From Trichosphaerium sp. ATCC 40318 (taxonomy: Eukaryota > Protista > Tubulinea), in assembly GCA_038496445.1 (NCBI GenBank), contig JALMLS010000061.1, forward strand, positions 62,001-126,000: a stretch of 64,000 bases of DNA, written 5' to 3'. The notes beneath the pieces were generated by a model. That model did no database searches, had not been told where the DNA came from, and saw only the letters and a program-made list of their open reading frames with translations. The translations under genes and the position numbers were made by a program. Positions 63,040-64,000 of the stretch are shown piece by piece (the first letter of the stretch is position 1; the number at the start of each line of letters is the position of its first letter).

Positions 63040-63535
63040 ATGCTGGTTGACTTGCCTACAGAGATTTTAGCTTATATTTTGTCTAAAACAACAACAACAG
63101 CGCAATTTTCAGCTTGCCAGACATGAAGGTATCAAGGCACTCAAAGGTGTTCACACTATTAGTCTTGGTGGCACTGCAGTAACAGATGAAGGTATCATAG
63201 CACTCAAAGGCATTCATACTATTAACCTTGGTGAAACTTCAGTGACAGACAAAGGTCTCAAAGCACTCAAAGGTGTTCATACTATTGATCTTTCTGGTTG
63301 TAAAAAAGTAACCGATGAAGGTATCAAGGCACTCAAAGGTGTTCATAATATCAACATTGAAAGTACTGAAGTTACAGATGACGGAATCAAAGAACTTGCT
63401 GGAGTTCACACAATCAATCTTTCATTTACCTCTGTAACAGATAAAGGTGTAAAAGCTCTTGCTGGAGCGCATAGCATTAAGCTTTGTGGGTGCGATAACA
63501 TTACAAACTTAGGTAAAGACCTTACAGAAGTTTAA
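63040..63535 (+). pseudogene. F-box-LRR pseudogene with internal deletion
   Basis: MLVDLPTEILAYILSK...FSACQT* is joined directly to EGIKALKGVHTISL repeats. Relative to 53457-54395 the linker is deleted, creating a TGA at ~63124. Confidence 0.8.
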
Positions 63536-63582
63536 ACAACATGATCTTTTGTAAAGCATAGCAACTGACATTCTCTTTCTAG

Positions 63583-64000
63583 CAAACAATTTACCACTGA
63601 AATTTTTTGTAAAGGCTCCAGCCTAAAAAGAACATGATCTGGGGCTATCTAAGGATGACATTATTCGTGTTTATGACAATGATGGTGTACACTTACAAAA
63701 TTTTCCTTAGTAAAAGCTAACCTTTTTGTTACTAGGATTGGTGGTTTGGTAAAAATGGTGAAAACTGTGGTTATTTGCCAAGCAATTATGTAGAACAAAT
63801 CTATCCTCAATTTTGGGTTGTTGCCTTGCACAAGTTCAGCTCTGGCATAGATAATGCTCTGGATTTGTCCAAGGGTGATGAAATTCTCGTCTATGATAAT
63901 AATATGTACACATTCTTTCTTTAGTTGTTTTTTCCTTTCCTTGTTCATTACATAAATTTGTATTTAGGACTGGTGGTTTGGTAAAAATGGTGACAACTAT
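63583..64000 (+). CDS. Multi-SH3-domain gene or fragment (runs off the window end; 5' part appears damaged)
   Basis: EHDLGLSKDDIIRVY|DWWFGKNGENCGYLPSNYVEQI, then WVVALHKF...LDLSKGDEILVY|DWWFGKNG. Two SH3 units with an intron at the same position. Confidence 0.75.

Noticed and set aside
29663-63535. Endogenous giant-virus insertion
   Set aside because: No NCLDV core genes (major capsid, PolB, A32 ATPase, VLTF3) are visible, and the virus-like repeat genes are interleaved with intron-rich housekeeping genes.
63661-63948. Listed minus-strand 95-aa ORF
   Set aside because: Shadow of the plus-strand SH3 exons.

Overview
AT-rich, gene-dense eukaryotic nuclear DNA with many short GT-AG introns (mostly about 40-60 nt, donors often GTACG). 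It is most consistent with a free-living protist; SH2 proteins, TKL kinases and giant-virus-type repeat families suggest an amoebozoan, but this is inference. Most entries in the ORF track are exon fragments or shadow ORFs; I spliced genes by eye, so outer coordinates of the less conserved genes are approximate. Conserved genes: aldo-keto reductase, NSF/Sec18, BUD32/PRPK, R2R3-MYB, CAF1/CNOT7, frataxin, two TKL kinases (one with a UBA domain) and a tandem-SH2 protein. A fast-evolving accessory layer is interspersed: (1) a head-to-head pair of ankyrin-repeat/PARP-type ADP-ribosyltransferase genes built one repeat per exon, flanking a ~375-nt foldback hairpin; (2) eight genes or relics pairing F-box-like N-termini with variable repeats (3 MORN-variant, 1 intact plus 3 decayed LRR, 1 WD40), often next to 5'-truncated gene fragments; (3) a Prm1-like candidate cell-fusion membrane protein next to NSF; (4) a TTAA-flanked Kolobok-like MITE; (5) a duplicated small secreted Cys protein whose upstream region is more conserved than its CDS. 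CACGTG is strongly over-represented across the window (at least 54 copies by hand count versus about 6 expected), mostly in introns and intergenic DNA. Some single-base frameshifts may be sequencing errors.
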